This document shows, in pieces, positions 1 to 9,542 of a stretch of 64,000 bases of DNA (position 1 is the stretch's first letter; every line of letters starts with the position of its first letter). The translations under genes were made by a program, and so were the position numbers. Location of the stretch: the NCBI GenBank assembly GCA_963674695.2, contig CAXXGI010000003.1:32001-96000 (forward strand), given 5' to 3'. The stretch comes from a bacterium. Its GTDB lineage: Bacteria; UBA10199; 2-02-FULL-44-16; JAAZCA01. The notes below the pieces were generated by a model. It did no database searches and was not told the DNA's origin. It saw only the letters and a list, made by a program, of their open reading frames with translations.

Positions 1-158
1 ACGCCGTAGGTCTTCTCCAGAAACCGCACGCGCTTGGCCGTGCGCGCCGAGGCGATGATCTCGTAGGAGCGCACGAGGTTCGAGCGCAAGAGCCCCTTGA
101 TGAGGGCCTCGCCCATGTTGCCCGCCCCGATCACGCCGATGATATAGTTGTCGCGCAT
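1..158 (-). CDS. proC: Pyrroline-5-carboxylate reductase, 5' part (runs off the window)
   Basis: Manual translation MRDNYIIGVIGAGNMGEALIKGLL, with the GxGNMG Rossmann motif typical of ProC; AGGAG RBS upstream. Confidence 0.85.
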   Translation of the reverse strand, partial: MRDNYIIGVIGAGNMGEALIKGLLRSNLVRSYEIIASARTAKRVRFLEKTYG

Positions 159-319
159 ATGGTCTCCTCTGATCCCTTGTGGTGGATGCCCAACCCTATT
201 CATTCGCGCCGAATTATCAACCCCTAATGATTTCAGCTTGTTTGCTCACATTTCTTTTCAAATGGGATCGATGTCGTTATAATGCTCTCGGTTTGGAAAA
301 GGGCACCTCGGGGGTGCTC

Positions 320-595
320 ATGCGACGTCTGGTCCTCATCATTCTCCTGCTCGCTCTGCTGCCGGCCACCGCGCTGGCGCAATCATCCTTTCATCCCCGT
401 TCATCCGAACGCATCCAGGTTCCGTATCAGCCCGCCGGATCCCTGCGCGCTCGCCCCATGAATACGCGCCTGCCCGATGGCGGCGCACGCTCGGCGGCGA
501 ACTCCGGCGTCGATCAAAACGTGCGCACCGTGCAGCAGGGCCGGATGTCGAACTGCTATCCCGCCGCGATCGGCTGCGTCGACCTGCAGCGTTGA
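320..595 (+). CDS. Small secreted hypothetical protein
   Basis: Signal peptide MRRLVLIILLLALLPATALA; C-terminal Cys pair; start moved to ATG 320. Confidence 0.6.
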   Translation: MRRLVLIILLLALLPATALAQSSFHPRSSERIQVPYQPAGSLRARPMNTRLPDGGARSAANSGVDQNVRTVQQGRMSNCYPAAIGCVDLQR

Positions 596-613
596 AGTCG
601 ATCAGTGAAACAA

Positions 614-743
614 GGGCACCTCTAAAAACTGAGATATTGATGTCACCTCCCGGGGAAAATGGAGACCTTTTTTCCGATAACCCTGTAAAAAAGGCCTCCA
701 TTTTCCTCTCGCGGTGACTCATGAGAGGTTTTTAGAGATGCCC
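614..743. mobile_element. MITE-like element (130 bp) enclosing a structured hairpin repeat
   Basis: Terminal inverted repeats GGGCACCTCTAAAAACT (614-630) and GGTTTTTAGAGATGCCC (727-743), 15/17 match; no clear target duplication. Confidence 0.6.
642..718 (+). repeat. ~75-bp covarying hairpin family, copy 1
   Basis: GTCACC-TCC-CGGGGAAAA...TTTTT-CCGATAACCCTGT-AAAAA...TTTTCCTC-TCG-CGGTGAC. Confidence 0.85.
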
Positions 744-772
744 ACAGCAGAAATCGGGGTATCGGAGCCGTT

Positions 773-847
773 GCGCCGCGAGGGGAAAAACGAATCCCTT
801 TTTATAGTTTCATCGGAAAAAGGGGTTCGCTTTTCCCCGGGAGGCGC
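773..847 (-). repeat. ~75-bp covarying hairpin family, copy 2
   Basis: Reverse complement GCGCC-TCC-CGGGGAAAAGCGAACCCCTTTTT-CCGATGAAACTAT-AAAAAGGGATTCGTTTTTCCCC-TCG-CGGCGC. Confidence 0.85.
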
Positions 848-861
848 TCAACGAATGGGTG

Positions 862-1827
862 TCATTTCGATGTCTCGGCAATAGGTTCGTTTGCCGAGAG
901 GGAGCGTTGCGTCGAGGAGAGGTAGAAGAGGAGTCCGATGAGCGTGACCGGGATGATCTGGACGGCGTGATAGATGAGCGCGATGCTGAAGGCCATATCC
1001 TTTCCCACCCCCAGCCAGGTATAGGCCAACACGGCGGCCACTTCGAACGGCCCGATGTTGCTGGGCGCGGAAGGAACCATGATGGCCAGGTTGATCGCGA
1101 CGAAGACGAGGATCGGCACCCAGATGGCGACGTGAACGCCGAGGGCGAGCTGGCAGCAGAGGATCGTTCCCACCTGAAGCAGACAGTTGGCAATCGAGAG
1201 GGCGAGCGTGCCCAGGACGAGCCGCTTGCTCGTGAGCATACCCATGCCGGAGCCGAGCCTGTGGGCCAGGTGGCTCAAACGCCCGAGCGATGCGGCCGGG
1301 TCGGCGGTCGTGCGACGATGGTGCAGCAGGAGTCCCACGGCCAGGATCAGGATGATGACCATGACGATGGCGAAGATCGTCGTGCCGCGTTGGACCCAGA
1401 CCGGAAAGGTCGAATGCATGGAGAGCAGACCGAAGAGGATGAGGATGGCCAGCCCGTCGAAGAACTTGTCGAGCGCGGTGATCGAGGTGAGCATGGCGCG
1501 ACAGACGCCCTCCCACTTGCCGAGCAGATAGATCTTGAGGACGTCGCCGCCGCGCGCGGGCATGACGTTGTTCGCGGCCAGGCCGATCATCGTGGCCCGG
1601 AAGATGGAGCCGAAACGGGTGCGCTTCTGCGGCCACATCAACCACTGCCAGCGCACGGCCTTGAGCGCGATGACGGCGATGTTGAGCAGGCCGGCCAGAG
1701 CCAGATAGTGCCACTTGGCATCGGCAAGCTTCTCCCCGATCGAATGGAAGTCGAGCTTCATCGCCAGCGAGGTGAGCAGGGCGATGGAGATGAGCCATCC
1801 GAGGATGGTGAGGGCCTTTCGTTTCAT
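862..1827 (-). CDS. Lysylphosphatidylglycerol synthase TM / flippase-like (UPF0104) membrane protein
   Basis: Multiple TM segments; RWQWL, NNVMPARGGDVLK and PSAPSNIGPFE family motifs. Confidence 0.85.
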   Translation of the reverse strand: MKRKALTILGWLISIALLTSLAMKLDFHSIGEKLADAKWHYLALAGLLNIAVIALKAVRWQWLMWPQKRTRFGSIFRATMIGLAANNVMPARGGDVLKIYLLGKWEGVCRAMLTSITALDKFFDGLAILILFGLLSMHSTFPVWVQRGTTIFAIVMVIILILAVGLLLHHRRTTADPAASLGRLSHLAHRLGSGMGMLTSKRLVLGTLALSIANCLLQVGTILCCQLALGVHVAIWVPILVFVAINLAIMVPSAPSNIGPFEVAAVLAYTWLGVGKDMAFSIALIYHAVQIIPVTLIGLLFYLSSTQRSLSANEPIAETSK

Positions 1828-2645
1828 AGCGTCTTTCCATCGAGCAGCGTGCTGATGCGGACAAAGCGATAGCCGCGATCGCGATAACGCCGGATAATGT
1901 TCGACAGCGCTGCGACCGTAGCCTCACGGCTCTGGCAGGTCAAGCCTTCGTCGAGGCCATCGTGGAGCAGGAGGATCTCCGGATCGCCGAGGTTTTCCCC
2001 CAGCCGGGCGATGATCATCGAAGCATCGGCGCCATCGGTATCCCAGAGCCCACGGGTCCAGGGGATCGGCGTCAGCCCCAGCTCCTGACAGATGTGTCGC
2101 ACGCGCGCGGTCATGAAGCCATGCGGTGCGCGAAAGAGGTGCGGACGCGCTCCCGTGATGGATGCCAGGGCTTTCTGCGCCGAGGTGAGTTCCCCCTCGA
2201 TCGCCGCGCGGGAGCGATGCGCGAGGATGCGGTGCGAGACCGTGTGGTTGCCGACTTCGTGTCCGTCATCGATCATGCGTCGAACCAGTTCCGGATGGGC
2301 GCGCGCTTTATTCGCGAGGACGAAGAAGGTTGCCGCGACGCTTTCGGCCTTCAGGATATCGAGGATGCGTTCGGTCCAGGGTTCATCCGGCCCGTCGTCG
2401 AAGGTGAGCGCGACGAGCTGTTCGCCGCGATGGCGTCGTTGCATACGCTGCAACACCGGATCCCACTGGGGAATCAGGACGCGCGCGACGATGACCCCCG
2501 CGACGATCCAGGAGAGGGCGGCGATCCCGGCGAGCGCACGACAGGGGAGACAACTGCCGAAGATCGCCATCGCGATCAACAGCACCGCAACGCCGACGGC
2601 CGCAGCGACGGCGAGCACAACGCGCATTTTTATCCGCAGTGGCAT
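1824..2645 (-). CDS. Membrane-anchored NodB-type polysaccharide deacetylase
   Basis: ALTFDDGP, GNHTVSH, FRAPHG, LLLHDG motifs; two N-terminal TM helices. Confidence 0.9.
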   Translation of the reverse strand: MPLRIKMRVVLAVAAAVGVAVLLIAMAIFGSCLPCRALAGIAALSWIVAGVIVARVLIPQWDPVLQRMQRRHRGEQLVALTFDDGPDEPWTERILDILKAESVAATFFVLANKARAHPELVRRMIDDGHEVGNHTVSHRILAHRSRAAIEGELTSAQKALASITGARPHLFRAPHGFMTARVRHICQELGLTPIPWTRGLWDTDGADASMIIARLGENLGDPEILLLHDGLDEGLTCQSREATVAALSNIIRRYRDRGYRFVRISTLLDGKTL

Positions 2646-2662
2646 GAACTCCTTCTTTCGAT

Positions 2663-2885
2663 TGTCATTCCCGCGGGTCCAAATCTGTCATTCCCGCGGG
2701 TCCAAATCTGTCATTCCCGCGAAGGCGGGAATCTCGATTGTCACGAAACATCGAGATCCCCGCCTTCGCGGGGATGACAAAGCCAAATCCATCCACATCC
2801 CCGCCTTCGCGGGGATGACAAAGCCAAGTTCATCGAGATCCCCGCTGGAGCCTGTCCTGAGCGTAGCCGAAGGGCGGGGATGACA
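2663..2885. repeat. Cluster of dRS3/REP-like palindromes (GTCATTCCCGC...GCGGGAATC / GATCCCCGC...GCGGGGATGAC)
   Basis: Several head-to-tail and inverted copies, including a 23-bp tandem duplication TGTCATTCCCGCGGGTCCAAATC. Confidence 0.85.
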
Positions 2886-2894
2886 ACGCTCTGT

Positions 2895-4007
2895 TCATTC
2901 CCCCAAAATCTGCTCGTAATACTCCAGGTGCAGTTTCGTCACGCGTTTCCAGTCGTAGCGCTCCACGCGCAGGGCGGCGGTGGAGCCGAGTTTTGCGCGT
3001 AGTTCCTCGTCGTCGATCAGCCGCACGATGGCGGCTTCGAGCGCGGCCTCGTCCTGCGGCGGGACGTGCAGCGCGCTCTCCTCGTGCGTGGTCAGCTCGC
3101 GAAAGGCCTCGATGTCGGAGGCGATGATGGCGCGACCCGCGCTCATCCCCTCGATGATGGTGATGCCGAACGAGGCGATCGTGGGCGTGAAGACGAAGAC
3201 GTCGGCCGTGGCGAGATAGTCGGCGCGCTCATCCGTGGCGGTTCCGACGAAGACGATGTGTTCGCGAAGTGCGGCGGGGACGAGGTTTTCGAAATAGAAA
3301 CGCAGCGGCCCATCGCCCACGATGATGAGGCGCGCGTTCGGTCGTTTCGGATGCACGTGCGAAAAGGCGCGGATGAGCGTGTCCAGACCGTTGCGCGTGT
3401 CCGGCCGGCCCAGGAAGAGGACGTTCACGCGTCCGTCGTCGAAGCGAGGGATGCGCTTGCCCCTCGCCCACCAGCCCACGTCGACGCCGTTGGGGATGAC
3501 GTCGAAGTCGAGCCCCATATAATGGTGATTTTCTTCGGCACAGCAGCGCGAGACGGCGATGCGGCCGCTCAGCCGTTCGAGCATCGGTTTCACCGTTCCT
3601 CTGAAGAGACGGTAGTAGATGTCGTTGCCCATGCAGGTGTGGAAGGTGCCCACCATCGGCGCATTGGCTTGCATGATGGCGATATGCGGCAGGGCCGGGA
3701 AGGTCGGCGAGTGCAGATGCAACAGATCAAACTGTTCTTCGGCCAGGAGCCGTTTCATTTTTCGCGTGAGCCCGAAGCCATAGGTCGCCCGTCCACAGGA
3801 GCCGTTGGAGAAGACCGGAATGCTTCGGCCGATGGTGCGGATGCGGTCGGAGATGCTCGGTTCAATTCCCTTCGGAGCGAGTCCTCCACCGGTGATGATG
3901 CGAAAATCGTGTCCAAGATGCAGGAGCTCGCGCGCAAAGTGGTGGATATTCTCGGTGATGCCACCGATCGTGGGGGAGAAATATTCTGAGACGATGCCGA
4001 TTTTCAC
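2895..4007 (-). CDS. GT4 glycosyltransferase, PimA (phosphatidylinositol mannosyltransferase)-like
   Basis: IGIVSEYFSPTIGGI, IPVFSNGS, VGTFHT, GRIAVS, IPNGVD, FLGR, SFGITIIEGMSAG, ASDIEAFRE; GTG start chosen at 4007. Confidence 0.85.
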   Translation of the reverse strand: MKIGIVSEYFSPTIGGITENIHHFARELLHLGHDFRIITGGGLAPKGIEPSISDRIRTIGRSIPVFSNGSCGRATYGFGLTRKMKRLLAEEQFDLLHLHSPTFPALPHIAIMQANAPMVGTFHTCMGNDIYYRLFRGTVKPMLERLSGRIAVSRCCAEENHHYMGLDFDVIPNGVDVGWWARGKRIPRFDDGRVNVLFLGRPDTRNGLDTLIRAFSHVHPKRPNARLIIVGDGPLRFYFENLVPAALREHIVFVGTATDERADYLATADVFVFTPTIASFGITIIEGMSAGRAIIASDIEAFRELTTHEESALHVPPQDEAALEAAIVRLIDDEELRAKLGSTAALRVERYDWKRVTKLHLEYYEQILGE

Positions 4008-4177
4008 GCGAAAAGGGGGCTCCCGGTTGTGAAGCGCTGTATAAGCGAAAAACCAAAACGATTTTGGGCGTTTATACATCGTAGGGGGGTTTGTCAATCG
4101 AGCTGTCTCCGGGCCTGTTTTTCGAAGGGGGAAGAGGGGAAAAGGTGACTGAATTTCGAATGTTACCTATTTTTTCA

Positions 4178-4206
4178 TTGTCAATACAGACCGGCGCGTA
4201 TAGCAT
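4178..4206 (+). promoter_or_regulatory. Putative sigma70 promoter of the PAP2-MMPL-wzi operon
   Basis: TTGTCA-N17-TAGCAT; a minus-strand TTGACA at 4092-4097 may serve the divergent GT4 operon. Confidence 0.5.
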
Positions 4207-4218
4207 CCCGAAACTTTT

Positions 4219-5235
4219 ATGGCGACCCAAGAGACAACCACCTCCAACGCACTCGAGCGCAACGGCAAGCGGCTGACCGTGCCGGTCATCGTCGCGGGCA
4301 TCTGGGAGCGCATCCTCTATCGCATCGCAACGATGGGGTTCGACCTCATCATTATGATCGGCATGGCGTTGCTGCTCTCCGCATCGGTGCTGGCCATGGG
4401 GGGGCATGTGCGCCTCTTCCAGGCGACGGTGCTCATGCCTATCGGAATCATGGCCACCGCCATCGTCGTGACCATCGTGCGACACCGCGCCGATTGGCTC
4501 CTTCGCACGACTCGCCTCTTGCGCGATTGGGTCCCCTTTCTCTTCATCGTCTTCATCTATGAAAACCTGCGCGACGTGGCGGGCCAGGCCATGAGCTTCG
4601 ACATCGCCGGGGTGATGCAGGCCTGGGACGCCGCGATCTTTGGTATGCAGCCCACGATCTGGGCGCAGCGCATCCATATGCCCTGGCTCACCGACCTGAT
4701 GTCGGCATCCTATGCGTTGTGGTTCTTCCAGCCGCTCTTCATCATGTTTCTGCTCTCGCTGTGGGGAAAACGGGACGAGTTTCGGCACATGTCGCTCTGT
4801 CTGTCGCTCGTCTTTCTGATGGGGTTTCTGGGATATGTGCTTCTGCCCTGTTCGCCCCCGCGCTATTTCATCGAACACCTCTATACCGATCCGGTTCGGC
4901 TGCATGGGTTCTTCCTCTTCGAGCGCCTGCAGGGCACGTGGGATAATCTCTCCGCCATCAGCGGCGGGGCCTTTCCCAGTCTGCATGTCGGAAGCTCTGC
5001 CGTCGCGCTCATCTATGCCTGGCGCTATCGCCGTATGAACGGCACGATGCGCATCGTCTGGTACGCCTTCATTCCGCTCGTGACGAGCATCTGGTTTTCC
5101 ACCGTCTACCTTCGGCATCACTGGGTGATCGACATCATCGCGGGACTTTGCGTGGCGCTCGCAGGCTACTGGGGGGCGGGGGTGCTCGTGCGGGTGTGGG
5201 GACGCCTGCGCGATCGTTTCGGCCTCTCCTCGTAA
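4219..5235 (+). CDS. Aur1/inositol-phosphorylceramide-synthase-like PAP2 membrane protein
   Basis: PCSPPRY, AFPSLHVG and STVYLRHHWVIDII motifs; polytopic. Confidence 0.85.
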   Translation: MATQETTTSNALERNGKRLTVPVIVAGIWERILYRIATMGFDLIIMIGMALLLSASVLAMGGHVRLFQATVLMPIGIMATAIVVTIVRHRADWLLRTTRLLRDWVPFLFIVFIYENLRDVAGQAMSFDIAGVMQAWDAAIFGMQPTIWAQRIHMPWLTDLMSASYALWFFQPLFIMFLLSLWGKRDEFRHMSLCLSLVFLMGFLGYVLLPCSPPRYFIEHLYTDPVRLHGFFLFERLQGTWDNLSAISGGAFPSLHVGSSAVALIYAWRYRRMNGTMRIVWYAFIPLVTSIWFSTVYLRHHWVIDIIAGLCVALAGYWGAGVLVRVWGRLRDRFGLSS

Positions 5236-5244
5236 GCGAGCGAT

Positions 5245-7728
5245 ATGGGCACACGGATTCATCGATATATCTCCGGTTACCTCCGCTTCATCGGGCGCCA
5301 TCAGCTGGCGACGCTGCTCTTCTATCTGCTGAGTTTTTTCGCCTGTGCCGTTCTGGCCTCCACCCTCGCGCTCAAGAGCAATCTCAAAGAACTGCTTCCT
5401 CCCAACTATCAGAGCGTGCGCGAACTCAACCGCGTGCTCGAGCGCGTCGGGGGTGTGGGGTCGCTCATCGTTGCCGTCGAAGGCCCCGACGAGGAATCGA
5501 ACAAACGCTTTCTCGACGACCTGGCCGTGCGCCTGCAGGAGTTGCCGCAGGGACAGATTCGATATCTCAGTTACAAGGCCGACGACGTCCGACGCTTCTA
5601 CGAGGATCGCTTTCTCTATTATCTCGATATCGGTGATCTCCAGCGCTTTCATCGGCGTCTCAAGCAGCGCGTCGATTTTGAAAAGTACAAGCGCACGCCC
5701 TTCTATCTGGAGCTCGGCGACGAGGGGGATGAACCGGCACCGCTGCAGATCGCCGATATTCGCGAGAAGGTGGAACGCAAATACACGGCGCCCATCTCGA
5801 CGTACGAAGACTATTTCGGCGGCGAGTGGGGGCGATTGCTCATCATGATGATCCGTCCGTACGGGGCGACGATCACGCTCGACGGCTCGCGCAAGCTTGT
5901 CTCGACCGTCGAAGCGATAGTGGATGATCTCAAGCCCGCCTCGTATAACCCGCAGATGCGCGTGGGGCTGTGCGGGAACGTCAAGAGCACGATCGAGGAG
6001 TATGAGACGCTCAAACACGATATTCTCTCGACCGCGCTCATGTGTCTCGGGCTCGTGGCTGCGGTGATAGCGCTCTTTTTTCTCCGATTGCGCATCGTCT
6101 TTCTGCTCGGCGCAACGCTGCTCATCGCTGTAGCCTGGACCTTTGCGCTCACGCGAGGGGTGATCGGTTATCTCAATGCGCAGACCGCGTTTTTGGGGTC
6201 GATCATCGTCGGCACGGGGATCAACTACGGCATCATCCTGATGGCGCGCTATCTGGAGGAACGCAAGAAGGAGCGTTCGCCGCTCGAGTCGATGCAGCAT
6301 GCGCTCGAGATGACCGTCCGTCCGACATTCCTGGCGGCGGCGACCACCGCGGTCTCCTTCGGCGTGCTGCTCATCGCGCGCATTCGGGGGCTGTCGCAGT
6401 TTGGGTTCATCGGCGCCAGCGGTGTGATCTTCTGCTGGATTTCGACGATGCTCGTGCTCCCCGTGATGACGCTCGTCTCGGAGCGCATCCTGCGTTTCGT
6501 GCGTCCGCGCCAGACGCCAAAGCGCGAGAGCGCGCTCTTCGAGTTGGCCACGAAAATTGGGTCGCGATCTCCGGCCGTCATTCTGGTGTTGGCCTCCGTG
6601 GCGGCCATCGTTGCAACGGTGGTCGTCTGGCGATTCATACCAAATGCCATCGAATATGATTTTACGAAGATGCGCAATCAGGTCTCGGTGGCCAGTGGAA
6701 CCGAGGCGCTGGAGAAGCGCGTCTCCAAACTCTTTCGCAGTTCCATGACGCCGTCGGTCGTGCTGGTCGATTCCGCCGATGAGGGCCCCCAGGTCTGCCA
6801 GGCGGTGGAGCGGCAGAACCTCGATCTGCATCCGCAGGAGCGACGCGTTGGCAATTGCAGCTCCATCTTCGATTTGCTGCCGCCCGATCAGGAGGGCAAA
6901 CTTCCGATCATCGCTCGCATCGGGAGGCTCCTGAATCAGGATTGGGTGAACGATGTCTCCGGAGAGCTGCGCCGACAGATCGAGCGGATTCGCACCTCGA
7001 TCATTGGACGGGCGCTGACCATCGAGGACCTGCCCGATACGCTGGCGCGTCACTTCGAAGATCTGGACGGCAATCGCGGTGCGGTCGTCTTCATCAATCC
7101 GCGGCCGGGGATGCCCCTCTCCGACGGGCGCAACCTGATGCGCTATGCCGACACGATTCGCAATATCCAGCTGGAGGACGGGCGTATCCTGCATGCTGCC
7201 AGCGCCTCCATCATCTTCGCGGATCTCATCGAGATCATCAAGGTGGAGGCGCCCTACCTGACGATCGCCTCCTTTCTCGGCGTGTTGCTCTTCGTCCTCA
7301 TCATCCTGCGGCGTATGCGTCTGTCGCTCGAGCTGATCACAGCGCTGATCTGGGCCGTGCTCATGATGGTGGGGGTGGCTGCCTTCATGGACATCAAGAT
7401 CAACTTCTTCAACTTTATCGTCCTGCCACTGACCTTCGGTGTCGGCGTGGACTATGCCCTCAACATGGCCATGCGCATTCGGCAGGAGGGGCCGCAAGGC
7501 GTCTCGTCCGCTCTGAAGCGCACGGGGGGCGCGGTCGTGCTCTGTTCGATGACGACGATCATCGGTTACTTCGTGCTGACCACGGCCAACAATCAGGCGT
7601 TGGCGACCTTCGGCGTTGCGGCGGTGATCGGTGAGATCGCCTGCATCACCGCGGCGGTGTTGCTCTTGCCCGCACTCATCGTGATCGTGGATCGGGTCAG
7701 ACAGTTGAAAGTGAAACGTGAACGGTGA
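5245..7728 (+). CDS. MMPL/RND family lipid transporter
   Basis: Two TM bundles with GTGINYGI and GVGVDYAL motifs and two periplasmic loops. Confidence 0.9.
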   Translation: MGTRIHRYISGYLRFIGRHQLATLLFYLLSFFACAVLASTLALKSNLKELLPPNYQSVRELNRVLERVGGVGSLIVAVEGPDEESNKRFLDDLAVRLQELPQGQIRYLSYKADDVRRFYEDRFLYYLDIGDLQRFHRRLKQRVDFEKYKRTPFYLELGDEGDEPAPLQIADIREKVERKYTAPISTYEDYFGGEWGRLLIMMIRPYGATITLDGSRKLVSTVEAIVDDLKPASYNPQMRVGLCGNVKSTIEEYETLKHDILSTALMCLGLVAAVIALFFLRLRIVFLLGATLLIAVAWTFALTRGVIGYLNAQTAFLGSIIVGTGINYGIILMARYLEERKKERSPLESMQHALEMTVRPTFLAAATTAVSFGVLLIARIRGLSQFGFIGASGVIFCWISTMLVLPVMTLVSERILRFVRPRQTPKRESALFELATKIGSRSPAVILVLASVAAIVATVVVWRFIPNAIEYDFTKMRNQVSVASGTEALEKRVSKLFRSSMTPSVVLVDSADEGPQVCQAVERQNLDLHPQERRVGNCSSIFDLLPPDQEGKLPIIARIGRLLNQDWVNDVSGELRRQIERIRTSIIGRALTIEDLPDTLARHFEDLDGNRGAVVFINPRPGMPLSDGRNLMRYADTIRNIQLEDGRILHAASASIIFADLIEIIKVEAPYLTIASFLGVLLFVLIILRRMRLSLELITALIWAVLMMVGVAAFMDIKINFFNFIVLPLTFGVGVDYALNMAMRIRQEGPQGVSSALKRTGGAVVLCSMTTIIGYFVLTTANNQALATFGVAAVIGEIACITAAVLLLPALIVIVDRVRQLKVKRER

Positions 7729-7773
7729 ACGGTGAACGGTGAACGGTTCACCGTTCACGGTTCACGAGTCACG
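7718..7773. repeat. Inverted heptamer array (GTGAACG)x4 followed by GTTCACG-like x4
   Basis: Read directly; overlaps the MMPL stop codon. Confidence 0.9.
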
Positions 7774-7780
7774 GATCTTT

Positions 7781-9442
7781 ATGCGTTTTCGTTTTTACAT
7801 ATTGCTCCTCCTGATCGTGGTTGCTCCGCTGTCGGTGCGGGCGCAGACGGCGCTCAATGCGCCGCCGGACGATCCGGTCTATCACGCCGTCGATGTCTTC
7901 ATCGCCAACGACTTGGTGCGGGATGTCATCATCGGGCAGCGTCCGTATTCGCGCCTGGAGATCGCGCGTATCCTGCGAAGCGCACGCGAGACGCTGGACG
8001 AGCGGGAGGGGATCGTCGCGGGGCGTCTCTATCTGGAGCGGCTGCTGGCGTTTTATGAAAAACGCTACGCGCGCGAGTTGGGCGGAATGCCCAAGGGCGT
8101 CGTCTTCGAGGCGCTCGATCAGCTCGACCTCTTCGCCGCGTACAACAGCAGCGAGCCGCGTCAGATTCCCGTCAACAATGGGGCGGGCATGATCGACGGC
8201 ATCATCACCTCGTTCGATCGCTATACGACCGGGGGGCTGACCTATGTCGACGGCGCCAACGCGACGCTCACCACGCAGCACGATCTCTATGCGACGCCGT
8301 ATCTCGCGATGCGGGCCAAGCCGCGTTTCGAATTCCTGACGCCGCAACGCAGTGAAGCGCAGGTCTTTGCGCACATCGAGCGACTCTATCTGACGACCGG
8401 CTGGCGCAACATCCAGCTCGAGGTCGGGCGCGATAACCTCATGTGGGGGCAGGGAGAGTATGGCGGCTTGATGCTCAGCTCGAACGCCCGGCCGCTGGAC
8501 ATGATCAAACTCACCAATCCCTATCCCTGGCGCGCGCCCTGGGTCTTCAAATATCTCGGGCATATGAAGTTCACCTTCTTCGTCTCGAACCTCGGCCCGG
8601 AGCGGACCGCCTTTCCCTATGCGTATTTGTATGGGCTGAAGTTTTCGCTGCGGCCGTCGCGCTGGTTTGAGTTCGGTCTGTCGCACACGATCACCATGGG
8701 CGGGCGCGGCGCGCCGGGCGTGAAGTGGTGGGAGCCGATCGCGGAGATGCTTCCCTTTCACAAGTGGGGCGGATCCAACATCGGTGCGACCGATGTGGCC
8801 AACAACTCCTGGGGCTTTCTCGATTTTCGCCTGACCATTCCGCCGCTGCGCGGGAGCCAACTCTACTACGACGCCTACATCGAGGACTCGATCGTCCGTG
8901 CTTTTCGCCTCCCCGATAACATTCTCAACCAGATGTCCTTCATCGTCGGGTGCTATGTGCCGCGCCTGACCTCTTCGGGGGAGGTGGGTCTGCGCCTCGA
9001 GGGGCATCACGTCGCCCCGCTGACCTATCGGCACGGCACCTGGACCGACGGCTACACGCTCAACCGCAGGCTCCTGGGCGATCCGCTCGGGCCGACCGCC
9101 GATGGCGTCTATGCCACGCTCTATTGGTGGCCGAGCCCGCGCCATCGCGTGCGCTTCGATGCGGCCTTGGAGGACTATGATTCCTCCACCTATTACACGC
9201 AGCCAAATGCGTCGGGGGGCGGCGACAAGATCCTGGTGCTCACCCCCGGGCCGCACGAGCGCCGCTTTCGCCTGATGGGGGAGATGAGCTGGCAGACGCA
9301 GGGTCGTATCGAGTGGACGGTGCTCGGCGGTTATGAACGCATCGAAAACTGGAATTTCATCGTTGGGCGCGGCGTCAACAATATGATGGTTGGAGCACGC
9401 TTGCGTCTTCACTTCGATGAGTTTACGATTGGTGAACGGTGA
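7781..9442 (+). CDS. Capsule assembly Wzi family outer-membrane protein
   Basis: Signal peptide; QRPYSR, GRDNLMWGQG, LMLSSNARPLDMI, GYT..RRLLGDPLG motifs; beta-strand-like C-terminus. Confidence 0.8.
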   Translation: MRFRFYILLLLIVVAPLSVRAQTALNAPPDDPVYHAVDVFIANDLVRDVIIGQRPYSRLEIARILRSARETLDEREGIVAGRLYLERLLAFYEKRYARELGGMPKGVVFEALDQLDLFAAYNSSEPRQIPVNNGAGMIDGIITSFDRYTTGGLTYVDGANATLTTQHDLYATPYLAMRAKPRFEFLTPQRSEAQVFAHIERLYLTTGWRNIQLEVGRDNLMWGQGEYGGLMLSSNARPLDMIKLTNPYPWRAPWVFKYLGHMKFTFFVSNLGPERTAFPYAYLYGLKFSLRPSRWFEFGLSHTITMGGRGAPGVKWWEPIAEMLPFHKWGGSNIGATDVANNSWGFLDFRLTIPPLRGSQLYYDAYIEDSIVRAFRLPDNILNQMSFIVGCYVPRLTSSGEVGLRLEGHHVAPLTYRHGTWTDGYTLNRRLLGDPLGPTADGVYATLYWWPSPRHRVRFDAALEDYDSSTYYTQPNASGGGDKILVLTPGPHERRFRLMGEMSWQTQGRIEWTVLGGYERIENWNFIVGRGVNNMMVGARLRLHFDEFTIGER

Positions 9443-9454
9443 ACGGGTTACAAG

Positions 9455-9531
9455 GTCGCCTCCCGGGGAAAAACGAAACCATTTTTCCGATGAAGCTGTA
9501 AAAATGGCTTCATTTTTTCCCTCGCGGCGAC
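9455..9531 (+). repeat. ~75-bp covarying hairpin family, copy 3
   Basis: GTCGCC-TCC-CGGGGAAAAACGAAACCATTTTT-CCGATGAAGCTGT-AAAAATGGCTTCATTTTTTCCC-TCG-CGGCGAC. Confidence 0.85.
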
Positions 9532-9542
9532 ACGATCTTCGG

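Noticed and set aside
4072-7758. 1228-aa minus-strand ORF
   Set aside because: Antisense shadow of the PAP2 and MMPL genes in high-GC DNA with no recognisable motifs; the same applies to other long antisense ORFs such as 26110-28068 and 29657-31522
9455-9531. Hammerhead ribozyme reading of the hairpin loop (CCGATGA)
   Set aside because: The core would need CTGANGA plus GAAA in a three-way junction; here the motif is a terminal loop of one long stem
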